A stretch of DNA of 64,000 nt from Octopus sinensis (Eukaryota). Location of the stretch: positions 36,022,001 through 36,086,000 of the forward strand of contig NC_042998.1 of NCBI RefSeq assembly GCF_006345805.1, read 5' to 3'. The notes under the pieces are model-generated. The model was given only the letters and a program-made list of their open reading frames with translations. It was not told where the DNA came from and made no database searches. Shown piece by piece: positions 1 through 11,429 of this stretch; within the stretch, counting starts at the first letter, position 1, and every line of letters begins with the position of its first letter. The translations under genes and the position numbers were made by a program.

Positions 1-129
1 GACATCGAGTATAGCACAGCGACTAGTTCGTTCTCTATGATTGTCATTAACAGCAATAGAATTAGATAAGATGAACATAGCTGCAGGGTTGTCACGGACA
101 GTAGATAGAGTTTCATTATCGTTATATAA

Positions 130-243
130 AAATTATCATCATTATTATTATCATCGTTATTATTATTATTATTATTATTATTGTTGTTGTTGTTATTATT
201 ATTATTATTGTTCTTGTTATCCACGACAGTAGCAATCGCTGCC

Positions 244-288
<45 letters not shown>

Positions 289-289
289 A

Positions 290-335
<46 letters not shown>

Positions 336-502
336 GGTGGTGGTGGTGGTAGTTGTAGATAATGAGATCCTGATGAAAACAACGACGAAGACGACGAAAA
401 AGAGGAAGAAAAAGATGACAACGACAAAGTGGTAGTGGTGATGGTGGTGGTGGTAGTGGTGGTGGTGGTGGTGGTAGAAGTAAAAGAAGAAGAAGAAGAA
501 GA
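130..502. repeat. Compound trinucleotide microsatellite (TAT/TGT/GTA/GTG/GAA)
   Basis: Directly visible runs; they explain the poly-Y/L/V/E ORFs at 41-713. Confidence 0.97.
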
Positions 503-803
503 AAAATCTGTCGGAAATGTAGAGGTTTCTTCTTACCTTCTTCCCGGTTCTGTGCATTCCCATTTTAAATCTAAGATTTCGTTGGCTCTGGGAACCGACG
601 TAAAAACAACCTCACTGTGGAATTGTGAATTTCTTTTTTGTCTTCTAACGCAAAGTACAAATTCGCAAACCAAAAGAAGGAGGGCCTATACAGTCTTCGG
701 CCTGACAAGTTAGACTCAAGTCACGTGAAACTCAAGACCCATACCAGAGATGCCAAGTGGTTTTGGTACCGGAAACCCAGCTGGATTTATTCAGTTTTAT
801 ATC

Positions 804-1036
804 TATTTCTTTACTACCCACATGGGGCCAAACACAGAGAGGGCAAACAAGGACAGACAAAGGGATTAAGTCGATTTTATCGACCCAAGTGTGCAACTGG
901 TACTTAATTTATCGACCCCGGAAGGATGAAAGGCAAAGTCGACTTCGGCAGAATTTGAACTCAGAACGTAGCGGCAGACGAAATACGGCAACGCATTTCG
1001 CCTGGCGTGCTAACGTTTCTGCCAGCTCGCCGCCTT
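804..1036 (-). mobile_element. SINE family A (tRNA-derived), monomer with A1 tail and 15-bp TSD
   Basis: Minus-strand head GGCGGCGAGCTGGCAGAAACG (A-box-like) ... GAGTTCAAATTC (B-box-like), core GTCGACTTTGCCTTTCATCCTT, tail ...GTAGTAAAGAAATA. Flanked by ATTCAGTTTTATATC (789-803) and ATTCAGTTTTGTATC (1038-1052). Confidence 0.92.
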
Positions 1037-1295
1037 CATTCAGTTTTGTATCAGATTCAGATGGTTTTGGTCATGGTTGTTCCTTAGTTTGAGGTTATTT
1101 TGGCCAACCTCACACTAGGCACTCAAATGGCGTTGATCCATCTTAGCCCAGAGATCTGCGAGATGTTAGTCCACCTTCCTGTGGGATCTAATCTCCCAAT
1201 AGACCACGCGAAACGGTCCATTGAGAGATCATTCTACGTTTAACTCATTACGCATATAATCTACCACAAAGTTTATGAGTCTAATAGCAATAATC

Positions 1296-1452
1296 CTTTA
1301 TACTATTGGCACAAGGCCTGAGATTTTGGGAGGAGGAGATGGTCAATTATGTCAACCCCAAAAGGATGAAAGACAAAGTCGACCTCAGCAGAATTTGAAC
1401 TCGGAAATGTAAGGACGGACGAAATACCGCTAAGTATTTTGTCCGGTGTGCA
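1296..1452 (-). mobile_element. SINE family A, degenerate copy with A3 tail
   Basis: Same B-box and core; tail ...CAGGCCTTGTGCCAATAGTA. Confidence 0.8.
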
Positions 1453-1581
1453 AAAAGGAAAAAAAAAACAGTTCTAGTAGAATTAATGTAAATGAGAAGA
1501 ATACGTGGAAGAAGTAGGGGAGAAGAGACGAGGAGGGGGTTGAGAGAAAGATGATGAGAACGGCGACAGTCGATGATGGTA

Positions 1582-1582
<1 letters not shown>

Positions 1583-1641
<59 letters not shown>

Positions 1642-1672
1642 CATAATAATAATAATAATAATGATAATTGCC
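1583..1672. repeat. (AAT)n microsatellite
   Basis: Direct run. Confidence 0.97.
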
Positions 1673-1673
1673 A

Positions 1674-2226
1674 ATGTCCTGATGCAGTACCAGACAGTGG
1701 CTCTCATGGCTTTTGATCTTAACTGATTGGAAGTGTTATCATGTACATTGTTTTGTCTTGGTATAAAAAATGGGCTACAGCAAATATTCTGCTCAATACC
1801 AAAGATTTGCTTGTCAGTTGTTTGACCATAACCAGTTGAGCATGTCCCTTAGTGGCTGACGATATGTGCATATCTGATCACGAGCAGAAATAGTGGGGGA
1901 GCATCATAGCCATGTGTTTAGGGGGATTCTTTGGGGGTTTGGATAATTCACCTCTGGAAACATGGGTGTTTCGTTCAACATCCTTAAACAACCCTTACTC
2001 AAGGAATTTTTGAGTGGGATGGGCTACTCGACCTGAAGAAAATTCTAACTGGGCCCTACCTGCAACGATATGCGCTGTTTATCTTGATATGAGATCACCA
2101 TGTCGTGCACATATGGTTGTGATGCATGTACCTGGTGTACTCTTATCAGACGAGTAGTCATAGTGGGTATACTGGGCTTCGTATATTTTATCCCAGTGTC
2201 ACTTTGATGGCATGCAATACTCTCTC
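1674..2226 (+). mobile_element. About 550-bp non-coding interspersed element inserted in (AAT)n
   Basis: Complex block with no ORF, bounded on both sides by (AAT)n. I recall it as a common octopus repeat; not verified. Confidence 0.55.
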
Positions 2227-2255
2227 AATCAATCAATAATAATAATAATAATAAA

Positions 2256-2468
2256 AGTTTCAAATTTTGCTACGAGGCAGCCATTTTGAGGCAGGGGATT
2301 AAGTCAATTACATCGGCCCCAGTACGCAACTGGTACTAAATTTACCGACCCCGAAAGGCTGAAAGGCAAAGTCGGTCTCGGCGGAATTTGAACTCAGAAT
2401 GTTAGGACGGACGAAATACTGCTAAGCATTTTGTCCGGCGTGCTAATGGTTCTGCTAGCTCACCGCTT
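2256..2468 (-). mobile_element. SINE family A, A2 tail
   Basis: Head and core as at 804; A2-type tail ending ...GCAAAATTTGAAAC. Confidence 0.85.
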
Positions 2469-2612
2469 TCATGTAAGGAGTAATAATGGTTATGTAAAGT
2501 ATTAGTAAATGCTTGTGACCGAACTGAAGAGGACAATTGGGTCATCTTAATGCGGATGATCTTAAGTTATTATGGTGAGGATGAGAGGAAAACAGCATTA
2601 ATATAAATGATA

Positions 2613-2781
2613 GGACGGCGGGCTGGCATCTGAGTTCGAATTCCGCCGAAGTCGACTTTGTCTGTCAGACTTTCGGGGTTCGATAAATTAAGTACCAGTC
2701 GATCAATGGTGTAATCGATTTTGGTGTAATCGATTTTGCCCCTCCTCCGAAATTGCTGGCCTTGTGCCGGACTTTGAAGCG
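2613..2781 (+). mobile_element. SINE family A, A2 tail, internally deleted head
   Basis: GAGTTCGAATTCCGCCGAAGTCGACTTTG core; tail AAATTGCTGGCCTTGTGCC. Confidence 0.8.
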
Positions 2782-2869
2782 AATAATATAAATGATGACA
2801 TGTGACGATTTTGAAGATGACAAAGAAGAAGCTAGAACGAAATGTATGCTGACAACGATGACGGCAAAA

Positions 2870-2880
2870 ACAACAACAAC

Positions 2881-2917
<37 letters not shown>

Positions 2918-3160
2918 TTAAGCCAAAGAAGGGATAGTGGTGAGGGTGGTGGTGAATTGTTAAAGATATCTTCATGGATGGTGGCGGTGATAATAGATGG
3001 TAAGGGTGGTAGCGGCGGCGATGGTGGTGGTGGTGGTAGTGACGGCGGCGGTGGTGGTGATAATGATGATGGTGGTGGTGATGGCGCTAGTTGTGGTGGT
3101 GATGATGATGGTGGTGGCGACGGCGGCGGCGATGATGATGATGATGATGATGATGAAAGA
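2870..3160. repeat. (AAT)n/(GGT)n/(GAT)n microsatellites
   Basis: Direct runs. Confidence 0.92.
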
Positions 3161-3469
3161 AGTGCTTGATATGATGGATGGAGTAGGACGGCTGATTGGT
3201 GCTAATGAGTAGGGGGGTTTGTAGATGGCGTGGGGGAGTGGGGGCTAGTGGTGTTGGCTGTGGTTGGGGAAACGAGAAGGGGGTTCGTAGGGGTGTGGGT
3301 GTGTGGGTGTGGGGACTGGAGATAATGCTACTTTAAACAGAGTGTAAGAGAATAAAGAAAGATAAGACTTTAGATATTCAATGCGAAAAATATGATTCAG
3401 TCTCTCCTTCCTGCAGCCATTTGTCGCCATTATCATCAGTCACAGTAGCAGTGACGATTGACAGGATGA

Positions 3470-3735
3470 TAATGCCAGCGACGACGACGACAACGACAAC
3501 GACAACGACAAGGAGGTCGTCGTCAGTGCTCCGGCGTCACCAATGACCACGATGATGATGGTGATGGTGATGATGATGATGATGATGATGATGGTGATGA
3601 TGATGGTGATGATGATGGTAATGGTGATGATGCTGCTGATGATGGTGATGATGATGGTGATGGTGATGATGGTGATGATGGTGGTGATGATGATGGTGAT
3701 GATAGCGATGATGATGGTGATGATGATAATGATGG

Positions 3736-3784
<49 letters not shown>

Positions 3785-4135
3785 GATGGTGATGTGATGA
3801 TGATGGTGATGATGGGGATAAGAACGATGACGACGTTGATTATGATGATGTTGATAATGTTGATGATTATGATGACAATGACGATGATGAGGATGATGAT
3901 GATGATGATGAACATCATCATCGTTATCATCAAATTCACCACCGTCCCTGCCCACCGCATACACCTTTCTCAGTCTCACCTTGGTTATCACCATCACATG
4001 TCACTCATTATCTTTCCTTCTTATCATTAACATCCTGATCACCAACATACTTTCCTATCCCCCCCCCACCACCACCACCATCACCACCATCACCATCACC
4101 ACCACCACCACCACCACCACCACCACCACCATACC
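3470..4135. repeat. (GAC)/(GAT,GGT)n and (CAC)n low-complexity tract
   Basis: Direct runs; they explain the poly-M/H/I/T ORFs. Confidence 0.95.
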
Positions 4136-4389
4136 CATTACCAAGCCAAGAAGGAAATTTCGTTTTGTTGCGTCGCTTGACCTGCTAGAAATAGCAACCA
4201 AATATTCCTCAATACTGCAATCCTTCTGAAGAGGACACATTGGATAATGTCCTTCGAAAAGACCGAAACCGATAAAAACAAAAAACAAAAGACAAAAAAA
4301 AAAAATAAGAAACATCGCATGGCTATTGTTGATCAATGGAGACTGCCCGATCGAGGCTAACACGAACAACAACAACAACACTCATTAAA

Positions 4390-4560
4390 ACCTAGTACGG
4401 GTCCTTGAGATTGTCTGCCCACTAGATTCAACAACACTAGATAAAGCCTCCGCCTCCAACCGCCGGGCCAACACCTTTGCTATTTTGTCTGCTCGGATCA
4501 CGAGGAAGTCGGACTTACAGGAAACGTTACTCCCCTTAATGTGTAATTGTGTCAACATCA
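4390..4560 (-). mobile_element. Short L1/Tx1-like reverse transcriptase fragment
   Basis: ADKIAKVLARRLEAEALSSVV resembles the L1-type RT motif D-x-KILAKVLA-x-RL. Confidence 0.4.
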
Positions 4561-4678
4561 GACTATTACTGCACTCCCCCCCCATAACATAACCAACATC
4601 TTCGTCACCACCCCAGCATTGACACCATGTATAAGCTAATACGGGGAAACGCTATGTGGTTAGACGACTTACAAGAAA

Positions 4679-4721
<43 letters not shown>

Positions 4722-4724
<3 letters not shown>

Positions 4725-4940
4725 TCTTTTACTCTTTACTCTTTTACTTGTTTCAGTCATTTGACTGCGGCCATGCTGGAGCACCGCCTTTAGTCGAGCA
4801 AATCGACCCCGTGACTTATTCTTTGTAAGCCCAGTACTTATTCTATCGGTGTCTTTTGCCGAAACCGCTAAGTGATGGGGACGTAAACACACCAGCATCG
4901 GTTGTCAAGCAATGCTAGGGGGACAAACACAGACACACAA

Positions 4941-4991
<51 letters not shown>

Positions 4992-5156
4992 TACGACAGG
5001 CTTCTTTCAGTTTCCGCCTACCAAATCCACTCACAAGGCATTGGTCGGCCCGGGGCTATAGCAGAAGACACTTGCCCAAGATGCCACGCAGTGGGACTGA
5101 ACCCGGAACCATGTGGTTGGTTAGCAAGCTACTTACCACACAGCCACTCCTGCGCC
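4722..5156 (-). mobile_element. SINE family B, full length, inside (TA)n
   Basis: Minus head GGCGCAGGAGTGGCTGTGTGGTAAG...GGTTCCGGGTTCAGTCCC, then TCTTGGGCAAGTGTCTT, a central (TA)/(TG) repeat, and tail GGCGGTGCTCCAGCATGGCCGCAGTCAAATGACTGAAACAAG(TAAAAGAG)n. Confidence 0.93.
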
Positions 5157-5183
5157 TATATATATATATATATATATGTATTA

Positions 5184-5314
5184 TAATATGTGACGATTAT
5201 TCGGTTGCCATAATAAGAGTCCGAGTTTCGAATGTCGGGGCGGAAAACTACTCCGGCATCTCGTCAGTTATAGAGGCAGTCTTATTATGGCAACCGAATA
5301 ATCGTCACATATTA
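5184..5314. repeat. 35-bp perfect inverted repeat with 61-nt spacer (MITE-like)
   Basis: TAATATGTGACGATTATTCGGTTGCCATAATAAGA (5184-5218) and its exact reverse complement (5280-5314). Confidence 0.85.
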
Positions 5315-5386
5315 CATTACAGATAAATTCCTCTATTTACATAATATCGAGGTCTCATTCATTCTTTTGTTGTCTTACCATTACTA

Positions 5387-5431
<45 letters not shown>

Positions 5432-5689
5432 TAATAGAAGACGGAATGTACCAGCAAAAAAAATTAAAAATTAATATTGCCACAACAATTATTTCATCTT
5501 CAAGATTGCATTGCTGCTCCGTTGCTGGCGTGGAACGATGCAATAGCACCAGATGCAACGCATGGTGCATAGAAAACTCCTCAGGTGGGATAATAAGGTT
5601 TTAAGCAGAGAGGTTTACATTTGAGTTTCGCTGTATTGAGAAATTTTAATAGAGAGACGCACAGACAGACACGCACATTCTTGCGTTTA

Positions 5690-6260
5690 AATCAATGCAA
5701 AGTCATATAGACGCACAGATTAATAGTTATATTCGTGGGCACACGCCAGCACACACCACCACATGTATGTATGTCAGTCAATCACACACGCACACAGCTA
5801 TACACACATACAGAAACACACCTTCACACACGGATACATCCCTTAGGGTACAAAGATTCACCCACCCAGATACACACACAGAGGTCACATCAGCACTGCC
5901 TCCACGCAGATACAGCCACAGGCCCACTCACACCCTCACGTAATGCTCACAGATCTCTCCCCTCATGCCCCATCACACCCACACCACAGGACATACAAAT
6001 CCAAATGTACATTAACACCCACAGTCTCACATGTCTGCAGGCAAGTACACTTAAACACTCTCATAATTATACACACACACATATTCATACACAGATATAC
6101 ACATGTACACATCAGTACACACCTGAGACTTCCACTCAGCACATATACACACACAGGCATATAGGAACGCGTCTGCACTTAGAGGCACACACTCACAAGA
6201 CTACTCAGACACACATGGAGGCACAGAACAATAAACAGCATATGAGCAAAAGCCCCCACA
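5690..6260. repeat. Degenerate CA-rich low-complexity tract
   Basis: CACA-rich sequence; the H/T-rich ORFs are artefacts. Confidence 0.75.
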
Positions 6261-6386
6261 CCTGTCCATGGACAAATGCCCCATCTGTCTATGGGTATAT
6301 AGCAATGTATGGAATGATAGCACCATGTTCACTGTTCAATTTAGACTATGGCAGTTTGGTGCTGTGTTTACAGGGTAGTAATATTT

Positions 6387-6820
6387 GAGGGTGGCTTTTA
6401 TGGCATATGTGGTAAGTAGCTTGCTTACCAACTACATGGTTCCGGTTCAGTCCCACTGTGTGGCACCTTGGGCAAGTGTCTTGTACTATAGCCACGGTCC
6501 GAACAAAGCCTTGTGAGTGGATTTGGTAGACGGAAACTGAAAGAAGCCCGTCGCATATATATATTTGTTTGTTTGTTTGTTTGTGCGTGTGTGTGTGTAT
6601 GTATGCGTTTGTATGTCTGTGTTTGTCTCCCCGACATCGCTTGAAAACCGATGCTGGTGCGTTTACGTCCCCACAACTTAGCAGTTCGGCAAAAGAGATC
6701 CGATAGAATAAGTACTCGGCTTACAAAGAATAGGACCCGGGGTCGATTTGGTCGACTAAAAGCGGTGCTCCAGCATGGCCGCAGCCAAATGACTGAAACA
6801 AGTAAAAGAAGAAAAGAATA
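6387..6820 (+). mobile_element. SINE family B
   Basis: Same head, centre and tail as 4722-5156. Confidence 0.9.
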
Positions 6821-7068
6821 AAAAATCTACCTCCATGCACATCTCAGTGATACATGTTATGAAGATGCTCAACCGGAAGTTAGGTAATGGTACTTGTGTT
6901 AGGAGTGGAGTGGGGGTGTACGGTACGGAGGAGATCAAAGCAGCATTGGAGGAGATCAAAGTAGAAGTACGCTACGTAAGAAATATTTGAAAGAAATTTG
7001 CTTTTGACCAAAGATATCGGTAAACATTTTTCAAAGCAGATATCAACAACTAATAATATAATAATATT

Positions 7069-7454
7069 GGTTTCAAATTTTGGCACAAGGCCAGCAATTT
7101 CGAGGGAGAAAAGTAAATGAATCACATCGACCCCAGTGCCCAACTGGTACTTATTTTATCGGCCCCGAATGGATGAAATGCAAAGTAAGATCTCGGCGGT
7201 ATTTGAGCTCAGAACTTAAAGACGGACGAAATACCTATTTCTTTATTACCCACAAGGGGATAAACACAGAGATAACAAACGGATTAAGTTGATTACATCG
7301 ACCCCAGTGCGTAACTGGTCCTTAATTTATCGACCCCGAAAGGATGAAAGGCAAAGTCGACCCCGGCGGAATTTGAACTCAGAACGTAACGGCAGACGAA
7401 ATACTGCTACAAACTTCGCCCGGCGTGCTAACTATTCTGCCAAGCTCGTCGCCT
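7069..7454 (-). mobile_element. SINE family A dimer (A1 unit followed by A2 unit)
   Basis: Junction AAAGAAATA|GGTATTTCGTC at 7235/7236. Confidence 0.9.
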
Positions 7455-7496
7455 AATTACCATCTGTAATATCACTCTTATTTGTCTGCCATGGTA

Positions 7497-7497
<1 letters not shown>

Positions 7498-7570
<73 letters not shown>

Positions 7571-7592
7571 CGCGTGCATGCGTGCGTGCGTG
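7498..7592. repeat. (TG)n microsatellite
   Basis: Direct run. Confidence 0.97.
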
Positions 7593-7842
7593 TGAGATTT
7601 ACGCATCAAACATCCTTAGATATTGCAGTAAATCCAAGACATAACCGAGATGCTTAACACAATGAGAACAATGTTACGAAGATTTTATAATTTTCTTCAT
7701 CAACGCAGAAATAAAAACATTTACGAAAAATGGTGGTTCCACGTGTCTTACTCGTATAGTATTATTTGCTTAGCATACTTATAGGGTACCACGATAGGGT
7801 ACTACGACAGGGTACGACCACAAGGTACTACGATATCGTTAG

Positions 7843-8071
7843 GGCGGCGAGCTGGCAGAAACGTTAGCGCGCCGGCGAAATGCTTCGCGGTATTTCGGCT
7901 GCCGTTACGTTCTGAGTTCAAATTCCGCCGAGGTCGACTTTGCCTTTCATCCTTTCGGGGTCGATAAATTAAGTACCAGTTACGCACTGGGGTCGATGTA
8001 ATCGACTCAATACCTATGTCTGTCCTTGTTTGTCCCCTCTATGTTTAGCCCCTTGTGGGTAATAAAGAAGT
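7843..8071 (+). mobile_element. SINE family A monomer (A1) with 17-bp TSD
   Basis: AGGTACTACGATATCGT at 7823-7839 and at 8072-8088. Confidence 0.93.
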
Positions 8072-8486
8072 AGGTACTACGATATCGTATCCTTATATAG
8101 TAATTGTTCTAGTTGTTGTTCTTTGATAATATTGCTTCATCATATGTCAGCTCTGACTGAGTAAATCTACGGTCAAAAAATGCTCCAACCATGACCATCC
8201 AATCTTTTGAAGACTATAATATATGTAGGCCTACACCGTTATCTTTTAGAATAAAAAGCAGAAAAGCATAAATAACACGTATCCACAATTTAATTGTTCT
8301 CTGCTGTTGTTTCAGCAGAATAGAAACAACATTATTTAAATAATTAAGCGATTAACATACAAAGTTCATTCATTTAAAATCACTGTATTGCCTATATTTT
8401 TAAGGGAAAGAGTGAAAAATCAAAAAAATCAGACCACCGTAAATGATGTAAATACAAAAGCTATAGAGAGAAAAAGAAAAAATCCA

Positions 8487-8550
<64 letters not shown>

Positions 8551-8552
<2 letters not shown>

Positions 8553-8709
8553 CGCAGGCGTGGCTATGTGGCAAGAAGCTTGCTTCCCAACCACACATGG
8601 TTTCGGATTCAGTCCCACTGTGTAGCACATTGGGCAAAGTGTCTTCTACTGTAGTCTCGGATCGACTAAAGCCTTGTGAGTAGATGTATGTATAACTGAA
8701 AGAAGCCCG

Positions 8710-8751
<42 letters not shown>

Positions 8752-8960
8752 TATGTTTGTGTGCCTGTGTTTGTGCCTCCCCCCCATCATCGCTTGCAAC
8801 CGATCTTGGTATGTGTACGTCCCCGTAACTTAGAGACCCGATAGAATAAGTACTAGGCTTACAAAGAATAAGTCATGGGGACTATTTTTTCGATTGAAGG
8901 CGGTGCTCCAGCATGGCTGCAGTCAAATGACAAACAAAAGAAAGAGTAAAAGAATAAAAG
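8551..8960 (+). mobile_element. SINE family B
   Basis: Family head, centre and tail. Confidence 0.88.
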
Positions 8961-9038
8961 AATATATATGTGCGTGTGTGTGTGTGTGTATATGTGGATT
9001 GTATGAAATCCATATATACAATCCAAGGAAAAAAAATA

Positions 9039-9198
9039 AGAGTGACTGTGTGGTAAGTAGCTTGCTTACCAACCACATGGTTCCAGGTTCAGTCCCACTG
9101 CGTGTCACCTTGGGCAAGTGTCTTCTACTATAGCCTAGGGCCGACGAAAGCCTTGTGAGTGGTTTGGTAGACGGAAACTGAAAGAAGACTGAAAGTGG

Positions 9199-9229
<31 letters not shown>

Positions 9230-9463
9230 TATATATTACGGAGATGTACTCGCATAGCAAGTAATTTGATCTGAGATCGTGTGCTGAAACGAAAACAATT
9301 GCAGCGTGGAAGGTGTTTATAAGCCATTTAAGAAACACACAAAAGCCGTTCGATTCACTCCAACATTTAAGTTTAATATATAAGTTCTGGGGTAGATTTG
9401 TACGACTAAAGGCGGTGCTCCAGCATGGCCGCAGTCAAATGACTGAAACAAGCAAGAGAGTAT
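9039..9463 (+). mobile_element. SINE family B with nested MITE fragment and internal deletion
   Basis: Head to GAAAGAAG, then (TA)n, a foreign block at 9236-9375, then the 3' tail. Confidence 0.85.
9236..9375 (+). mobile_element. Truncated TA-targeting MITE (terminus TTACGGAGATGTACTCGCATAGCA)
   Basis: Same 24-nt terminus as 49552; interior matches the reverse complement of part of 49640-49708. Confidence 0.7.
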
Positions 9464-10011
9464 AATGTAGAGCTTATTAGATTTCCTTCATCGTTACTCC
9501 GTGTTTCCTGAGCATTGAAAGTTTTTTTATAGACCATAAAAAGCGCTCAATGAACAGAAAACTGAACTGACGGATTCCAATTTCCCCCACGACACACCTT
9601 CTTATTTTCAAAAACTGTGGCAAAATTCTTGATTCTTTTCTTCCGAATGCAAAACATCATGGCATAAATAATGGTTTCTTATTAATTACTGTAATTATAC
9701 AAATGTTACTTAGATTGCAACTACACTTGGTTTTTACGTCACTTATTAATTTTTGATACCTTCACCCGTTTTCTTCTGCTTTTTGTTAAGACTGTGACCA
9801 ATCTCTATGCTATTAAAGTTTGCTGTTTTGTTTTATCGACTTTTGATGTAATTAGATTGTACAATTCACGAGAAATGGTATAAATTAGAGGCTGCATTAT
9901 TGCAAAAGTTTGTGGCGGGGATTAGAAAGATTTTAAAAATCCCTTCAAAACAACTGTAAAATAAACTGCAATATAATCTTGCTAGCTTAACATTTTGGCT
10001 ATGAATAAACA

Positions 10012-10416
10012 TACTCTTTTACTCTTTTACTTGTTTCAGTCATTTGACTGCGGCCATGCTGGAGCACCGCATTTAATCGAGCAACTCGACCCCGTGACTT
10101 ATTCTTTTGTAAGCCCAGTACTTAGTCTATCGGTCTCTTTTGCCGAACCGCTAAGTAACGGGGACATAAACACACCAGCATCGGTTGTCAAGCAATGCAA
10201 GGGGGACAAACACAGACACACAAACATACACACGCATATATATATACAGTATATACATATATACGACGGGCTTCTTTCAGTTTCCGTCTACCAAATCCAC
10301 CCACAAGGCTTTGGTCGGCCCGTGGCTATAGTAGAAGACAGTTGCCCAAGGTGCCACGCAGTGGGACTGAACCCGGAACCATGTGACTGGTAAACAAGCT
10401 ATTTACCACACAGCCA
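10012..10416 (-). mobile_element. SINE family B
   Basis: Family head, centre and tail. Confidence 0.9.
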
Positions 10417-11054
10417 CAAAAATTCTGAACACAAGCGGTTTGATTTCAACAGAAATTAATTGTTTTTATTGAAGAATTCATGGATTTTTGCAGATCTTTG
10501 ATGGAAATGCACGATAGACGCGCATACACACGCTCACGCACCCATGTTTACCTGCAGACTTTTAGCTATACTGCTTGCGGTTTATTGGGGTGTGAAAACA
10601 CAGTTGTGTCTTTATTCTTCTTTTGTAACTGTGCTTCACATGACTTGGGTAGCTCAGTTTAAGCCCCAAAACTTCCCCACCCCCACGAGTAATTGGTAAC
10701 CTTTCTCATAGCAAGTTTGGGATTCGACCCTGCAAGAAAATGAAGATCAACATCACAGTTCTGCTGCTGCTGCTGTTTACTGTGAGGATGTAAGATCATT
10801 CGCAGAATATTTCTAGAACAAGGTGACCAACCTAACGCGACTTAAGTACCAAGGACACTTAAGATATGGTCAGACACTTCACTCAGAAGAGATGTTAGGA
10901 TATAAATGAAAAACGTGTTCTCCATATTGTCGAGTACATAAAGTGTTAAGACTTAGAATATAACTGTAATCAAATAATGGTTAAAGGAACCATGAAATTC
11001 CGTTTTTGGATTTGGCTTGTAAGATTCTTTATGTGAGTTCGTGTGTTGAAGCAT

Positions 11055-11333
11055 ATTCTGTTGTGTCTGGGGAGAGTCATTCTCTTTTAGTGCCTTATAA
11101 TTTAACACACTCACCGGTAAAATTTCCACTCACACTGACCCACACACATGTGCACAAACAAACCAAAAGAACGCAGCTTGGATAACGGACAGAGTCAAGA
11201 ACTATTGAATAGGTTGCAAGGCGCAAGGGAAATTTTAGAAAAATAAATAAGTAATTGAGTGGAAATTTTACCGGTGAGTGTGTTAAATAATAAGATACTA
11301 AAAGAGAATGACTTTCCCCAGACATAACAGAAT
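11055..11333. repeat. Foldback: about 78-bp imperfect inverted repeats
   Basis: 11055-11132 versus 11256-11333 (ATTCTGTTGTGTCTGGGGAGAGTCATTCTCTTTTAG...TTTCCACTCA). Confidence 0.85.
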
Positions 11334-11429
11334 AAACCATAAAATGTTAAATTCTATTCAAGAATTCAACAATTCTCAATATTTTCCTTTTGATCGATCG
11401 CTCCTCGACTTTCGTTTCAACAAGATCAA

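Noticed and set aside
3205-3315. G-quadruplex-forming tract as a functional element
   Set aside because: G-runs are present but sit within general low-complexity sequence, with nothing supporting function.
4902-5186. Recurrent similar peptides (…EDTCPRCHAVGLNPEPCGW…) at many loci, resembling a gene family
   Set aside because: They are antisense read-throughs of SINE-B copies.
7843-7930. tRNA gene calls for the SINE heads
   Set aside because: A- and B-box-like motifs are present, but the heads are attached to SINE bodies and tails and do not give a clean cloverleaf.
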